Shown piece by piece: positions 62,181 through 64,000 of a stretch of DNA of 64,000 nt (positions within the stretch are counted from its first letter, which is position 1; the number at the start of each line of letters is the position of its first letter). The notes below the pieces were generated by a model. That model saw nothing but the letters and a program-made list of their open reading frames with translations, had not been told where the DNA came from and made no database searches. Origin of the DNA: an uncultured Candidatus Rokubacteria bacterium (GTDB taxonomy: Bacteria > Methylomirabilota > Methylomirabilia > Rokubacteriales > DASRDR01); assembly GCA_963805625.1 (NCBI GenBank), contig CAWDVE010000017.1, positions 416,001 to 480,000 on the forward strand, read 5' to 3'. Position numbers and translations under genes: made by a program.

Positions 62181-62324
62181 CAGCCGCCGGCCCGACTACG
62201 CGGGCACCAAATGCCCCTCGAGATGTGCGGAAGGAAGGTCTAGGCTGGCGCCGGGGCTGACATTCCCCTCATAACCCAGTGGTCGCTGGTTCAAATCCAG
62301 CCCCCGCAACCAATTGTGGGCGAA

Positions 62325-62366
62325 CCAGCCTCCTGATCCGTCGGGGTCAGGAGGCTGGCCTGTTTT
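62325..62366 (+). terminator. intrinsic terminator after attR (probably the original tRNA-fMet terminator)
   Basis: CCAGCCTCCTGA/TCAGGAGGCTGG stem followed by CCTGTTTT. Confidence 0.7.
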
Positions 62367-62368
62367 AG

Positions 62369-64000
62369 CCCGAAGTTCCGCCTGTCGCTATAGGGGATGG
62401 CGTTGATTTTCTTGGCGAAGGCATGTCTCAGTGCCTGGGCGTTCTGGCTACAGGGTGAGGGAGACCCCGAGCCGATCGAGAGCGCGCTGCTGGAGCGGGG
62501 TCGGTGTCGTGATGGTGTCGAACTCGATCGCCGCGTCTGACTTCACGCGCATGCGATTCTTCACGATCGTCCGCAGATGGCGCAGGAGCGACTGGAAGCT
62601 GTGGACGGGGTCCCCCTCGTCGGTCCGCTTCGTCACCGCTTTGGCCTTCGCCCGGGGCGACCGCTGGGCCGGCGCCACCACCGAGCGGCGCTCGGCCTCG
62701 GCGGCCGCCGGGGCGTCGTCGTCGAAGAGCATGGGGGCCAACGCGCGCCGCATGTGCCATTCCACGTAGTAGGCCAGCATGCACAGAAAGACGTGCGCGC
62801 GGACGCGGTCGGCCTTGCGATGATGGATGGGGCGCACCTTCAAGTCGACGGTCTTGAGGCTCCGGAAGGCGCGCTCGATGGCGGCAAGCCGCTTGTAGCT
62901 GCGCACGGCCTCGGCCGTCGGGAGTCGGTCGACCTCGACACTCGTCCGGAGGACGTAGATCCCATCGAGGGCGGCCTCGCGCGCGATGGCCGCCTCGTCG
63001 CGCGCGGCCCGGAAGGTCGTGTCGGTGATCTCGAGCGTGAAGTGCTTGCCGACCTTCCGCCGCCCGAGCACCTTGCCGACCCGGAGCGCGATGCGGGCTT
63101 GGCCGCGGAGCGGCCGCGTCGCGCGCGCGGTGGCGGCCGCGATCTTGGCCAGCTCGGGTTCGGTCGCCTCCAGGAGCTCCCCACGCTTGCGAGCCCGCTC
63201 CTCGGCCAAGAGGGGGTTCTTACAGACGATGAGCCGCTCGCCGGGGTAGTCAGGATGGGTGATCTCGGCCAGGTCCTGCTGATCAAAGAGCGACAGCGGC
63301 AGGACCCCGCCCGCGGCCAGGGCCTGAATCGCCGGGGCGCGCAGCGCGGTAATCCAGTCGAGCCCCTCAATGGGCCGCAGATCCTCCCGCAGGCGGGCGT
63401 CCGTGAGCATCCCGCGGTCGCCGACCAGCACCACGCGCGCGATCCCGAACCGCTCGCGGATCTTCTTGATCTGCGCCGGGAGGGTCTTGGGATCCCCGGT
63501 GTTGCCTTCGAACACTTCGACCGCGACCGGGCAGCCGTCCCCGTTGGTCAGGAGCCCGAAGACGATCTGAAGCTTGTCCCGCCGCCCGTCGCGCGAGTGG
63601 CCGAACTTCGCTAAGGGGCACTGGCGGCCTTCGAAATACGTCGAGGTCACATCGTAGAGGATGAGACCGCCGTCGGTCAGATGCCGCCGCGCCAGGCCCT
63701 GCTCGACGCGCCCTTGCCGCGCCAGGAGCCAATCCATCGCCGCGTAGAGCGCGTCCTCGTCGGCGTCGGCGACGCCGAGGCTCTCGCCGAGGGAGGACTC
63801 CTCGGTCTCCGCCCCGAGCGCCCGCGCCGTGGCGAGCTTGGAACACGGATCCAGGAGGCGCGCCGCCATCAGGGCCTCGACGAGATCCCGCTCCCGGCGG
63901 CGCGTGGCCGCGAGGAGCGCGGGGAGCCCCAACTTCCGCGCCGTGCCCACGACCGCGGCGACGTGGCCATGGGGCCGGGAGCGGATGACCTCGAACGCGT
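62369..64000 (-). mobile_element. second IS1634-family element (runs off the window); transposase 62448..>64000
   Basis: YDVTSTYFEG, GHSRDG, VGDRGM, IERAFRSLKT..RVRAHVFLCMLAYY; end sequence CCCGAAGTTCC after TTTAG. Confidence 0.88.

Larger units (their letters stand above)
60006..62238 (-). mobile_element. complete IS1634-family element with a passenger gene
   Basis: 20-bp terminal inverted repeats (16/20 match; CCCACGTTCCGCACTTCTCG / CCTTCCTTCCGCACATCTCG) and 6-bp target duplication TCTAGG at 60000-60005 and 62239-62244. Confidence 0.88.

Noticed and set aside
62268-62313. Second tRNA-Met gene
   Set aside because: Only the 3' half is present; it is attR.

Overview
High-GC bacterial chromosomal segment. 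Gene content and paralog families suggest Ca. Rokubacteria/Methylomirabilota, but this is inference only. The core backbone is almost all on the + strand: liv-type ABC transporter with a MaoC dehydratase and an FAD oxidoreductase, two TMTC-like TPR glycosyltransferases, glycine cleavage operon (gcvT-H-PA-PB, lipoate ligase, NUDIX, pepA, PHP), aroF, TonB-C protein, 5'-nucleotidase, tRNA-Val, thrS-infC-rpmI-rplT, pheS-pheT-zapB-zapA-6S RNA-rny-ymdB-folD-xseAB-ispA-eno-ftsB, a GT2, a giant sigma54 activator/STAND-TPR protein and tRNA-fMet. There are two accessory regions. (i) A ~6 kb block between rplT and pheS carries a sigma54-driven pilin, a 1382-aa subtilase with near-identical 705-bp tandem repeats, and a free-standing Tat-signal homolog of that protease's own prodomain. 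(ii) A decayed ~8.3 kb island integrated at tRNA-fMet (46-bp att duplication) carries an integrase remnant, a PEP-CTERM gene, prsK/prsR relics and an IS1634; a second IS1634 lies just outside it. The most notable signals are a complete Phe/Tyr leader-peptide attenuator ahead of aroF, the protease/stand-alone-prodomain pair, an orphan structured RNA resembling an IS110 non-coding end, and a structured leader ahead of rplT. Several frameshifts fall in G7 runs and may be assembly errors.
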